Shown piece after piece: positions 13,725-25,244 of a stretch of 64,000 nt of DNA. Position 1 is the stretch's first letter; each line of letters begins with the position of its first letter. The stretch is from Rhynchobatus australiae (Eukaryota): assembly GCA_034780895.1 (NCBI GenBank), contig JAUZTB010000094.1:2965297-3029296 (forward strand), written 5' to 3'. Position numbers and translations under genes: made by a program. Under the pieces are notes generated by a model. The model had not been told where the DNA came from, made no database searches, and was given only the letters and a program-made list of their open reading frames with translations.

Positions 13725-16700
13725 GTTATACACTCAACAGACTTTCATAGAAATGAAGGTGAACACATTTTTTTTGTTTTAAAAGGTCTACAATTAAACA
13801 AAGTACACTTAGTTTAGGACTGTATAGGTTCTGTTGTCCTGGAGGTCTGCATCAGTGGAACGATTAACGATGGGAAAACACTCTACATGTAATCGCATAG
13901 AAAATCATTAACCCTAGCAAAGAACTATGTAGCAATCAATATATACACATTATACATGTACTGTACCATTAAACCTTTCCAGCGCATTAGATGAAACTAT
14001 AGTTTCCCATTTTATTGGCATGTCCAAATAGCAACCGAAGTGTTCATTACTCCATTTTAATAACCACTTCACTGCAAAGTCCAATGTAGGAAACAGTGTT
14101 TTGGTAGTACAGTAAAATCAAAAACATTAAATTCTGAAATAAAAAAAATTAAAACGAATCAGCAAGACCAGTAGTGAAAACCAGAATTCAAGTTGAAGGA
14201 ACAAAAAAAATGCAGTTCAGATCAATAGCAGATAGGATGAGAACACTCACTATTGCAGTACTGCAAGGTAATCTCATTTTCCTGGAATATGAACATTTTC
14301 CAGATGCAAGGACCTCTCCATGGTTACACTGAACCTATCACAATTCCCTTATACATTTTTAAAAAAGTGTGGTCGATTATGGTTGGGTCTGTGCTATGAA
14401 GAAACAAATCTCACCATGGTACTACCCCCAAGAAACCCGACTGCTTTGTTTCTTCCAAATCTTTAAACCTGTTGTGGTGTACCCATTCTAGCCTGGAAGT
14501 TTTAACCAGGAAAAGAAAATGTATGGTTTGTGACACTCTGATTAATTTGACTTGAAGGGGTCAACAATAATTGACTATCCATAAAGCAGTAACTGCTCCT
14601 ACCGTGCTCCCAGTGAACTGCAGCTTGGGTAATGCCTAAAGATTTAGGTGTGCAGGGTGGAGGAGAAAATGTTAACTGTTAAAAGGCAGACCCCAAGCTT
14701 TAACTTGAAAAAAAAACTAAACCCATGTAGTACATTCAAATACCAGAACAAAGGATAGATGAATGCCAGAATCCTAAACCACCGATGCCAGATATGACTA
14801 TAAATAGTATCAATGTTTCAGTGCAAGGATCTAAAAAAAATAGCAACAGTGATACGCAAGCACTGTGATTTTAGGAACTGAAAGAGGCTGCACAATCAAA
14901 TTTAATTCAGATGTAACAATAAGCAGATTCCTGTCAAAATTCCTGTTGTACCAAATCATTACTGACTTGTAAGAGTCATTTCTGCAGGCCTGATGAATAA
15001 GCTAGTTTATCTTGTCCACCTATTACAAACAGGATTCCACTGTACACTGAACTATGATGCACCATTTACCAGTTATATAATTAACATTCATGGAAGGAAT
15101 TCCAAAAGTATGTGGTAACTGCAATATTAGCTTGATATCCATCAACACTAATACCTAGTGGTAGTATACCAATTGCATTTCACACTTCTGTACTATATCC
15201 CCTCAGCTTGAGAAGGCATGTAAAGGGGAAGGAAATGTGGACAAGGGAAATTAGAAGTTCTGTAGCACTGGGGATTTGTCTGTCCACCATTCCCAGCTGA
15301 ACCTGTTGAGTGAAGACCAGGTGTTTCTTCAAACAGGAGGAGAGAAGAGAATCAAGAGGATTTATGCAGGCTTTATTTTCCGCAATCAACAGCCAGTGCA
15401 GGATCAGGATTTTCAGAGGTTTGGAACCAAAATGTGCCCCCCACCCAAGAACAGTAGAGCGAAGAGAAAAGTTAAAAATTATACATGATAGCTGGAGAGT
15501 TACTAAAAGCAGGCAGGATTCTCTGTTCAGAGTCCAATGAAAACATGGCAACTAATATCTACACTCATTCAACTATTTTAAAATTGAGTTTTAACGTAGA
15601 AAGCAATGCAAGAAAAGTAGCAGGAAAAACTATGACGTGCCATGCAGTGGTCCTGGGTTCCCACCAATGCAAAAAAAAACCCACTACAATACAGATTTCC
15701 AAAGACCAAAGGACCACCAACCCAACAATACCCACCATACACAGCATCAAAAATGCCTCGTTTCCTGTGGCTTTAGCCAAATTGAGTCAGCTGGCTGGCA
15801 AATGATTGACTTAGTTTTCACAAATGTCAGTCACATGGAGAACAGATACATAGGAGGCAGCTGCACATTGATTGATATAGGTGTATTAAAGGCTGTATTC
15901 CAGAATTAGATGGCAAATAAATCAAGACAATGATCCAGAATTATACAGCCTTCAGTACCCAGGACTGTTATAGCTTGCAACACATACCAAGGCATCTCAC
16001 AATACAAACACACACTGGAAAGCTTTGCAGTACAGGTGGCTCAATTAGTGACCCAATTAATGGCTAATTTTGCCACTTAATTCATATCCATTTCTGCCAC
16101 TATGCTTTGCCAAAGCCAAATCTAGCATGTGTCTAAAATCTTGCAACACAAGTAGGTTTCCAGAAAAGCAAAATGCGCAAACAGTGAGAGGTGACCAGAT
16201 ACTCTCAAATTTGTGCAAAAAATGGCCATAACCAAGTCAGAGGACAGAGAATTTTCCACAATATGTCACTTAGAAAATAGCTTACTGGATTAGAAAACNN
16301 NNNNNNNNNNNNNNNNNNNNNNNNNNNNNNNNNNNNNNNNNNNNNNNNNNNNNNNNNNNNNNNNNNNNNNNNNNNNNNNNNNNNNNNNNNNNNNNNNNNN
16401 NNNNNNNNNNNNNNNNNNNNNNNNNNNNNNNNNNNNNNNNNNNNNNNNNNNNNNNNNNNNNNNNNNNNNNNNNNNNNNNNNNNNNNNNNNNNNNNNNNNN
16501 NNNNNNNNNNNNNNNNNNNNNNNNNNNNNNNNNNNTCCTCCCCCTCCCACCACTATGTATAAATTCAAAGGAGTGGTATTGTTAAACTGCCTAGTATCAA
16601 TTGAGCTCGTGGTCTTATAGGTCAATTTGCATATTTGCATCTGTAAAGCAGAGTCCCAGCACAACCTTCTCAGATCTGACAAACTACATAGGTTTCTTTT

Positions 16701-16769
16701 ATTAGTATACTGAAGTGACAAAACAAATATTTAAAGGAGTCACACCTCTCTCAGGTGATCAACTCCACG

Positions 16770-17459
16770 TCACTGGGTGGTAAATCTCCCAGCTGTTGCA
16801 GTGGGTGTGGGGGTCATAGCTGTCATGGAGGTCATGGGGGTCATGGGAGTCATGGGAGTCATCATTCCCATCTTCACTTGGTTGCGGAGATTTGCATTCT
16901 GCTCCAAAAGGAGCTCATTGGTGGCCATCAGGTTTGACACCTGTTTTTGGAGATCCTCAACGCGCTTTTGGAGCATGAGATTCTCTTCCTTCAGAAACCG
17001 GTAGTCAGCTGCGCCTGGATTTTGCATGCCGTAGTCGTATACTTCGAACCCCATGCCCTCCATCCTCCTCCTCTTCATGTGGGCGTCGTAGCCATCGTAG
17101 TGGTCAGCGTCATAACCTCTAGAGTAGAGGTCATCATAGCGGTCATATCTGCGTGCCAAGGGAGAAAACACTTGGCTGTGCGCCATACCTTGGTTTTCAT
17201 AACCATACTCGTCGCGCTTTACGTGCAGGAATTTACATTTGGGCCCTCTTTGACAGTCACCCTTTTGATAGTCGTGGCAGATCGGAATCTCACCTTTATT
17301 AACGGGTAGATCAGAAGATAAAAGGCCAAGGGTGGACATCTCATTAGCGTCTGGGTGGCGGAACTTGCAGCGCTTACCGCGGTTGCAGACGTTGCGCAGG
17401 AAGTCACGGCAAATATCATCTGTACTGGGGCCAGCCTCCTCGGTGCCGTTATCTGGCAT
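16770..17459 (-). CDS. zc3h10: ZC3H10-like CCCH zinc-finger protein, copy A (229 aa; 2 CCCH fingers, basic motif, coiled coil, short MTP-repeat tail)
   Basis: Open 229-aa frame with ICRDFLRNVCNRGKRCKFRHP (ZC3H10 finger-1 type), ICHDYQKGDCQRGPKCKFLH (finger-3 type), KRRRMEG and LKEENLMLQKRVEDLQKQVSNLMATNELLLEQNA, matching the ZC3H10 coiled coil as recalled. Pyrimidine tract and AG acceptor 48 nt upstream of the ATG. The symbol denotes family (paralog), not proven orthology. Confidence 0.9.
   Translation of the reverse strand: MPDNGTEEAGPSTDDICRDFLRNVCNRGKRCKFRHPDANEMSTLGLLSSDLPVNKGEIPICHDYQKGDCQRGPKCKFLHVKRDEYGYENQGMAHSQVFSPLARRYDRYDDLYSRGYDADHYDGYDAHMKRRRMEGMGFEVYDYGMQNPGAADYRFLKEENLMLQKRVEDLQKQVSNLMATNELLLEQNANLRNQVKMGMMTPMTPMTPMTSMTAMTPTPTATAGRFTTQ
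16809..16862 (-). repeat. Coding 9-bp tandem repeat (6 x ATGACNNCN; MTP/MTS/MTA)
   Basis: Plus strand gtcat recurs every 9 nt; translates MTPMTPMTPMTSMTAMTP. Confidence 0.9.
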
Positions 17460-17530
17460 TTTTATAGATTATTTCTGCGCTGTTTAGCCAAGGCGCTACG
17501 CAAGCAACTGCAAAAGAAAAAAAAAGGCAG
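17460..17530 (-). promoter_or_regulatory. Splice acceptor and 48-nt 5'UTR leader of copy A coding exon
   Basis: Minus strand T-rich tract ending cttttgcag|ttgcttg, AG at 17509-17508; homologous to 33301-33370 and 58472-58540. Confidence 0.8.
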
Positions 17531-18844
17531 GTCTTTACAGAGAATGAGCGATTGTTTACAAAGTAACTGCTGCGCATTCCATAAAACATTGAAATTAGAG
17601 TGGCCGCAGTAGCAAAATTAAGTGACAGTTAGCAAAGAAATCTGTGCAATATCTTTGCTTGCACAAGGAAAAAAAAACATAAGTCACATATGAATGTCAG
17701 ATCCATAAGTGAGGTGCGCGCAAAAAATGTGCTCTGCGTTTTCAGGATCATGAAGTTTTCCCAACTTCTTTTTCCAGTTATGTGGGCCATGCCAGAACAG
17801 ATCACTTCCTGATGTGCCATTATAACATTTCTTTAAAATGTATTCAGGAGGTAATCATGAAAATGTATGCAATAAAAAGTATGATCTCCAAACAATGCCA
17901 GCCTAGCTCACAACTTACACAACTAGCCTAGCTAAAGCAGTACTCATTTCACTTGCGAAGGAAAAATTTCACCAGCATGAACTCTATTCACAGGTTCACT
18001 ACTGAGCTAGCCTGTAATAACTGGGACTAACGCATGCGCTTCCATGGAAATCAGCATTAGGCTTCAACAAGAGCAACATGACCTCAAAAATGTGACTGTA
18101 GACTTCAAGCAACTGCAAGTTTTTTCCATTAGAATGCGAAGATTAGCTCAAACAAGATACTTCAGGTAGTTCTGAGCCAAGCATATCAAACAGCCAAAAC
18201 CAGACATTTGTTTCCATGATTGCAAGTTTGACCTTCCATTCATTTAATTCTGCAGACTATTTTCATCCAAAGGTGGGGCATTAGTTTTTTGTTAAAGAGT
18301 TATCATTTCCTAACGATGCAATAGTAAACGTTTGCACTTCAAAGTATGTGATAACTTCTGTACTTGCTATACGAGTTACAGCAATGTAACACTTCCTGGA
18401 TTGTCCACTTCAATTTACTACGTTTTCCACACAAGGCCACTAGGCCTCCACTTTCTTCGTCGGGAAACAATACACGTGAATACAAAACCAAATCCTCAAT
18501 CAAAAAGTGCAAACTGTTGGGAGTAATAAGAGCTAGTCAAAAAGGTTAAAACAAACAAGAGAACGAACACATTTAGAATACTACTCACTCCTTCAAATAT
18601 ATAGGAGTAAATATCCAAACACACATACCTTCCCTCACACTCCAAATGGAGTAACTGAGCACAAAGAACTGCAATTCTAGTCTTCCGTGAAAGATTAAAC
18701 GGAACCAAAACATTTTTGAAAGTACAAGCAATAAGTGTGTAAAAAATATCAAACAGTATTCTTTGCCCCTCCCCCACACAAAAGGCTGGTTGTATCCTGC
18801 GTGCCACGCAACCAAATAACGCACTTTATTCGATGGTGGATTTC

Positions 18845-19603
18845 ATCTTTTATGGTTTATATTTTTCTAGCGATATATTTGAGGAGCATGAATCAATCCC
18901 TCCGGACTCCAGCTGTTTGCANNNNNNNNNNNNNNNNNNNNNNNNNNNNNNNNNNNNNNNNNNNNNNNNNNNNNNNNNNNNNNNNNNNNNNNNNNNNNNN
19001 NNNNNNNNNNNNNNNNNNNNNNNNNNNNNNNNNNNNNNNNNNNNNNNNNNNNNNNNNNNNNNNNNNNNNNNNNNNNNNNNNNNNNNNNNNNNNNNNNNNN
19101 NNNNNNNNNNNNNNNNNNNNNNNNNNNNNNNNNNNNNNNNNNNNNNNNNNNNNNNNNNNNNNNNNNNNNNNNNNNNNNNNNNNNNNNNNNNNNNNNNNNN
19201 NNNNNNNNNNNNNNNNNNNNNNNNNNNNNNNNNNNNNNNNNNNNNNNNNNNNNNNNNNNNNNNNNNNNNNNNNNNNNNNNNNNNNNNNNNNNNNNNNNNN
19301 NNNNNNNNNNNNNNNNNNNNNNNNNNNNNNNNNNNNNNNNNNNNNNNNNNNNNNNNNNNNNNNNNNNNNNNNNNNNNNNNNNNNNNNNNNNNNNNNNNNN
19401 NNNNNNNNNNNNNNNNNNNNNNNNNNNNNNNNNNNNNNNNNNNNNNNNNNNNNNNNNNNNNNNNNNNNNNNNNNNNNNNNNNNNNNNNNNNNNNNNNNNN
19501 NNNNNNNNNNNNNNNNNNNNNNNNNNGAAAAATGCAAAGACATCGCTTTTGACAGCCCAAATCAAAATAGCAAAAAAACAAACCCAATTGGAATATGCGT
19601 CAC
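18845..19603. repeat. Unresolved duplicated element, copy 1 (77-bp flanks around a 605-N gap)
   Basis: 18845-18921 is identical to 39172-39248, and 19527-19603 is identical to 39747-39823. Confidence 0.9.
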
Positions 19604-20899
19604 TCCTAGTGACCGCAATGGTCATTCTAATATTGAGAGGATTGTAGTGACTCCCATCTTCACATTATTAAAAATCAAGATTTCATTCAGTAAATTTTAA
19701 CATTTGCCACTTTAACGCAGTGCAAGCAGTAGCACGTTAAAACTTTTCCCACATTCACACAACGTGGTGCTTCTATATCCAGTGCCTAAATGGCAGTGAA
19801 ACCAAATAAGACCTCTTACAAAGGCAATAACATCCTTATTTATGGACTACTATCTTTCCACAATACTAAACTGTAGATCACTCATTTTCCATTGGTGTTT
19901 ATTTCAAGCTTTTTCTTAAAAAAAGTTTCTATGGTCTTTAAAATTCACAAGCAAATAAAAAGGCAGTAACTGTGTAGTCATTTGAATTGATTGGTTTCAT
20001 GCCCATCACATATAATGAAAAGGTCCATCTATATCACCTCATCTTTTCTATGGCATATAACCTTTCCCAATACCTGCTATCACCACCTCTATCCCATCTG
20101 TTGTGTATGTTCTTAGGAACAGCATGCTGTGAGCAGAACAACAAAACAGTATTCCCCTCTTCCCCACCCCCCCCCCCAAATAAGGCAGTCCTAAAAGCAA
20201 CATCCCTTAGATTCTCAAGTTTTCAACACTATGTCATGTAATTGAAATATAGAACATAGAAAAGTACATCACAGGAATAGGTCCTTTGGCCCACGATGTC
20301 TGTGCCAACCATGATGCCAATCTAAACTAATCACATATGCCTGTGCATGGTCTATATCCCTCAATTCCCTGCCTGGTCATATTCCTCAAAATTTCCAATC
20401 CCCCCCAAAACTTGAACCAATTTGACAAAGATTTAAGTTATTTATCTTAATATCCTCCTAGACAGCCTGGCATCAATGCTCCTATACCTGTCCTGTGAAC
20501 CACCATTCTCATTTTCATCTCAGGGATGCAATCTGAAACATAATTCATACTCAAGTCTTAGAATTTTATCAGACTATGTACACATGGATTCCAAAATGGA
20601 TCAAATGCACACAAATGCAGAGGAATACTTCCTAAATTTTATTCAATACCCAAAATAGGCATTAAATGTCTTCAGAACTTCTGTGCAGACACTGGGGCTG
20701 GGATGCTGCTCTCGTGTCCTCAACCACTTGTGGTATGATGACAATTTAGTTCATGTAATGGAGCAAAACTGTTGTGCAGGAAGGACAAAAAGTAGGTAAC
20801 ACCATCAAAAGTGTCCTTATTATTTAGAACTTCCCAACCAATAGCCACAACATATATAGATAATACGGGATGTATTTTCCACAATTATTCACAGGTTTA

Positions 20900-21099
20900 C
20901 ATTAATTTTTTTTTAATTTTAAATTTTATTTACAGTGTGGTAACAGGCCCTTCCAGCCCAACGAGTCCGCGCCGCCCATTTTAGACCCCAAATTAACCTA
21001 CCCATACGTCTTTGGAATGTGGGAGGAAACCGGAGCACCCGGAGGAAACCCACGCAGACACGGGAGAACGTACAAACTCCTTACAGGCAGCGGCGGGAT
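20900..21099 (-). mobile_element. V-SINE (HE1-like) with CR1-type 3' tail, 5'-truncated
   Basis: Reverse complement of the V-domain core (gggaggaaaccggagcacccggaggaaacccacgcagacacggg), tail aacaggcccttccagcccaacgagtcc and an A-rich end. Confidence 0.8.
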
Positions 21100-22499
21100 A
21101 AAATGGTCATAATAGTCATTTGAAATGTTTGGTACCCACTTCGAGAAAATTTTACCAGCATCAATATCCCTTATTTTGCTATGATCAAGTACAAGACTGG
21201 TGGGTCTTTGACTATTCTCAGTCGTCATTATCCACTGATTTGCTTATCTGCCAATCCACAAGATCAACCTCAGGCCTCATCTATATGTGTGTACACATTG
21301 GCAACCACACACACACAGTGATCAGATTCCAGACCACTTGCATCGTAGCTCCCTACTGTGCACTGCTCAAACTTATAACTGCTTACAAGTATAAATACCT
21401 TCAAATGTTTGTTAGCTAATAAGCCCTTTTTAGGTATTTAAATGCTCCAATGTTTATTAATTTTGGGGCACACTTATGTTTACTTGGGGGAGGGACATGT
21501 ACTGGTACAAAGGACAGAGCCTTTGTGGTATCTGCACTTGTTATCTGTGGAGTCTGTGCCCCTATCCCCCCCCCCCCCCAAAAGATAATGGGACAATGTA
21601 AAGAAATTGGCTTTGGTAATATCTCACCAATGGACAAGGCAACTTAACATTTTGTCTTAAAGCAAGGAGAAATGCTCAACTGACGGCAGTAAAAATTACC
21701 CCATTACATACAATTTTTCACCAAAACATTCTGGTGTCTTTTATGATCTCTCTCCTGAAAGGTAGTATCCTGTAGTTACACCCACTCATCCCAACCAGCT
21801 TCCTCCAATGCCTTCATCAAGCAACTTGATGGCATCATCAGCTTCTACTCTTGGTACTCGCCTACTGCCCCCATCCCTTGCTATTAAGGGTGAACAGCCA
21901 AAAAGCCACAACCATGCCCAAATTGTAGAGACAACAGTGTGCATACAAGATCTACATGGATCTTTAAAATGGCACAAGAAGCAGAATTTTCCAAATTAGA
22001 TAGATCTGGAATGAAATAAAAACTAGTTTTAGCAACGTCTGTGCCATAGCAATACAAATTTTAATAATTCTAGTCTCAACATTTAAAGTAATACCAGGAT
22101 AAGAACTTGAATCACCAAGATACCAAAGTGCTGGTCAATAGATTTAGTACAAAATGGGACTTGATGGTCAGCATGGATATGGTGGACCGAAGGGTCTGTT
22201 TCTGTGCTGAATAACCCAATATATACAACTGATTTAAGCTTTACAGGTCAATGATTTTTCAACCACCATTAATGATGTTAATCAACTAATCCAGTGCAAA
22301 TTAATGGTTTCTCTCTCAACAGATGCTGTGTGACCCATTTCAGACTTCCAGCATTTGCAGATTTTAATCAACTATAACTGATTACTTAACTTGGATTGCA
22401 AAAGGAAGGAAAACTGCCAACAGCCCAATATGGGATTAATTTGAACAGCAAAAGTGTTGAAAGAGGTTAGTAATTTGCCATTAACAACAGAACACCCAA

Positions 22500-22900
22500 G
22501 GATCTCAGTGGGTCAATCAGCATCTGTGGAGGCAAAAGGTGCAAGTCCATGTTTCGGGACAAGATTCTGCGTCTGAACTGGGAGGGAACAAGAAAGGTTG
22601 CCAGTAGACGGGGGGGGGGGGGGGTGGAANNNNNNNCAGCGAGTCAGAGGGGGAGGGGAGGATGGAATTAGAAAATTCAATATTCATACCACTGTGTTGT
22701 ATGCTACCCAAGCAGAATATGACGTTGTGTCCTTCCAATTTGTATTTTGCCTCTCTGTAGTAATGGAGAAGGCAGAGGATAGACAAATTGGTGTAGAAGT
22801 GGGAAAGAGAGTCAAAGTGACCTGCAATATATTGGAGGAAGTGGAGAAACAGTTGGTGGTCAAAAATCAACTTCACACATTTGTTGACACAAGAAAGACT
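22500..22900 (-). mobile_element. Penelope-like element 3' fragment (GIY-YIG C-terminus and terminal repeat)
   Basis: Peptide HFDSLSH...LSILCLLHYYREAKYKLEGHNVIFCLGSIQHSGMNIEFSN resembles fish PLE endonuclease C-termini. Confidence 0.75.
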
Positions 22901-23470
22901 GGAGAGGCTGGAAATCTGGAGCAACACACAAAAAAATGGAGGAACTCAGCAGATCAGGCAGCATCTATGGACGAAAACAAACAGTTCACATTTCTGGCAG
23001 AGACCCTTCATCAGGACCGGAAAGAAAGAGAGCAGGAGCCAGAATAAAAGGGTGGAGGGAGGGGGAGGAGCACAAGCTAGTGGGTGGCAGGGCGAATCCA
23101 GGTGAGGGAGGAAGATAGGGGTGGGAATGATGAGAAGCTGGGAGAAACCGCTATCTCTTTATTCCATGATCCACTGTCCTCTCCCTAACAGATTCCATCT
23201 TCTTCAGCCCTTTGCCTCTTCCACCTATCACCCCTCAGCTTCTCATATCATTCCCACTTTCCCCCCCCTCTATATCTTCCCTCTCTCACCTGGATTCACC
23301 TATCACCCACCAGTGTGCTCATCCCTCTCCCCCCATCCTTTTATTCTGGCTTCTGCCCTCTTTCTCTCCAGTCCCGATGAAGGTCTCAACCAGAAATGTC
23401 AACTGTTCATTTCTCCCCATAGATGTTGCCTGACCTGGAGAGTTCCTCCAGCATGTTTGTGTGTTGCTCA
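22900..23470. repeat. Inverted pair of Penelope-type terminal repeats
   Basis: ~22920-23141 is the reverse complement of ~23235-23470 (gcaacacaca...ggaggaactc versus gagttcctcc...tgtgtgttgc; ccagaataaaagg versus ccttttattctgg). Confidence 0.85.
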
Positions 23471-24439
23471 CACATTTGTCATTTTGGATTTTCTCTGGAA
23501 AAAAGTGACCAAAGTGTTGGCATTAGGCATATTAACAAAAAGCCTAATGGGATGCCTATAAATAAAAAAAAGATAACTATTCAAAGCGGAAGCAATATTT
23601 TAGGGCTCTAAAGTTAAATAATGCTGGAATGCTCAACTTTTAAAAATTGACAGAGACACCAGGGGAAAGTCAAACACAACACCAGCAAATTTAGCAACAT
23701 ATCTTCAGAACGATGGGCAAAATACCACCGGGATTAGGTCATAGCAAAGTCCACTTCTCTCGGACATAAACTTCCACGTTTGAAAACTAGTCACTCCATA
23801 ACAAAGGAGTACTGGAGCCCCACCTGCTTTATCTCACATATATCCAGTTTAATTTTAATCCCACTTCAACTAAAACCATCTCATTAAGATCAGAAGTGGG
23901 ACGTTCTAGTTGGTATAACTCAATTACACGGATATTTTAGCAACATTACTCTCTTTGCTTTATATGCATCAACAGTTTTGAGTAACTCCAGCATGCTCCA
24001 GAACATTGCTTAAAACTGCCGGTGATATTAAAATACTTTAATGTGTTCTAAAGACTTTAGTCTGATAACGATTTAAAAATATACAATATCAATAGTTGAT
24101 ATACACTATAATACAATGGTTTTGAAAGTAACTAATCTGTAAGAACATGGTTCAGAAGTGCATTGTAAATTAGTTCATCGCCTTTGATTTGATGTTAGAT
24201 AGTCTCCTTTCCAAAGCAACTTGCTCGTTGGAAGGGTTTAAACATCCTATTCTGGGTGGTCAGAGTATAACTAATTTCGTGGTAGAAAATGAAGTCAACC
24301 GCGTCAATTAAAATCTCCACAGCAGCGACTCTCGGTTGGAATCACAAATAGTCGAGCAAGGGTGAATAACAGGGCGAGGATAAGAGCTGGAGCACCACTG
24401 ATTTCCTAAACTGCAATGTTCAACACAAGGGTTAGTAGT

Positions 24440-24780
24440 TAGAGGAAACAGCAGCGCCAGAGAGAAATCCAAGGGCTCTGGATCTTACCTCCACGCATCC
24501 AAGCGGCCTCAACTTGTGCGCAATTTAATCGGCCTTTGGAAACAATTGACGATGAAATCAACTCGGGCCTCATCAACACGAAGGTCTGGAGGAGGGCGGA
24601 ATTTCTAGGGAAGGCGGCGGTTCCCATTGGTGAATTTACCCGCCGATTTGGCGCAATAGGTTCAGGCGCCATTTTGTAAGCAAAGCGGAGAAAGACGCGG
24701 CCTGAGAAACCGGTTGTAAAATGGCGTCTCCATACTGCCACCCCTACCCCGCAAATCACATACGCACGTTAACAATTATA
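24440..24780. promoter_or_regulatory. CpG-rich promoter region (YY1 x2, CCAAT, GC box, E2F-like site)
   Basis: High local CpG density in a CpG-poor background. GGCGCCATTTTG 24665-24676 and AAAATGGCG from 24718 (YY1, opposite orientations); ATTGG 24626-24630; GAGGGCGGA 24592-24600; TTTGGCGC 24647-24654. Confidence 0.75.
24489..24694 (-). other. Putative first (likely non-coding) exon
   Basis: Strong donor GAG|GTAAGAT at 24489/24488 inside the CpG-rich region. The 5' end is guessed from the pyrimidine motif TCTTTCTCC (24695-24687). Confidence 0.55.
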
Positions 24781-25032
24781 CAAGGCAACTTAAGGAAGAA
24801 TAGGACGTGAACGGTTCAAAGGAAAAAAACAGGATAGCAACCACAAAGTTTCCCATTTCCAATCGAGTGTTCCTTCCAATTAACAAGGTACCATGAGACC
24901 AAATCATAATGCACTGAAATGAACAATTGCTGGAAAAATATACTGGAAGCTAAAGCAAGTACAAGTAGTAGTCAGACCCAAACTTAATTAAAATACACTA
25001 AACGTTACTTCAGCAAACACCCCACTTTTTAC

Positions 25033-25240
25033 AGAGAAACAAAGGACTGCAGATGCTGGAATCTTGGTGAAAAACGTGTCAACGTTTCGGGTCAGGACTC
25101 TTCTTCAGGACTCAAGAAGAGTCTGGCCCGAAACGTCGACCACCTGCTTTTCTCTATGGATGCTGCCTGGCTTGCTGAGTTCCTCCAGCATCATCGTGTT
25201 TTTCATCTGGATTCCAGCAACTGCAGTACTTTATTTCTCT
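25033..25240. repeat. ~208-bp foldback element from inverted Penelope-type terminal repeats, with hammerhead-like cores
   Basis: Outer arms agagaaacaaaggactgcagatgctggaatc / gattccagcaactgcagtactttatttctct; inner arms gtcaacgtttcgggtcaggactcttctt / aagaagagtctggcccgaaacgtcgac. Confidence 0.85.
25076..25113 (-). ncRNA. Minimal type I hammerhead ribozyme-like motif (PLE-associated)
   Basis: Minus strand gagtc-CTGAAGA-agagtcctgaccc-GAAAC-GTT-gacac: CUGANGA and GAAA cores, short stem II with one mismatch, palindromic ACGT helix III, partial stem I. Confidence 0.55.
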
Positions 25241-25244
25241 AGGG

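Noticed and set aside
18735-19700. Long ORFs spanning N runs (also 39177-39834, 44587-45153, 48958-49759, 58963-59828)
   Set aside because: They are open only because N codons contain no stops; there is no coding evidence.
24439-24759. 106-aa minus ORF in the CpG-rich region, and the possibility of RPL41 (neighbour of ZC3H10 in mammals)
   Set aside because: No recognisable protein; the ATG lies within a YY1 motif. I saw no MRAKWRKK-type coding sequence in the readable part of the window.
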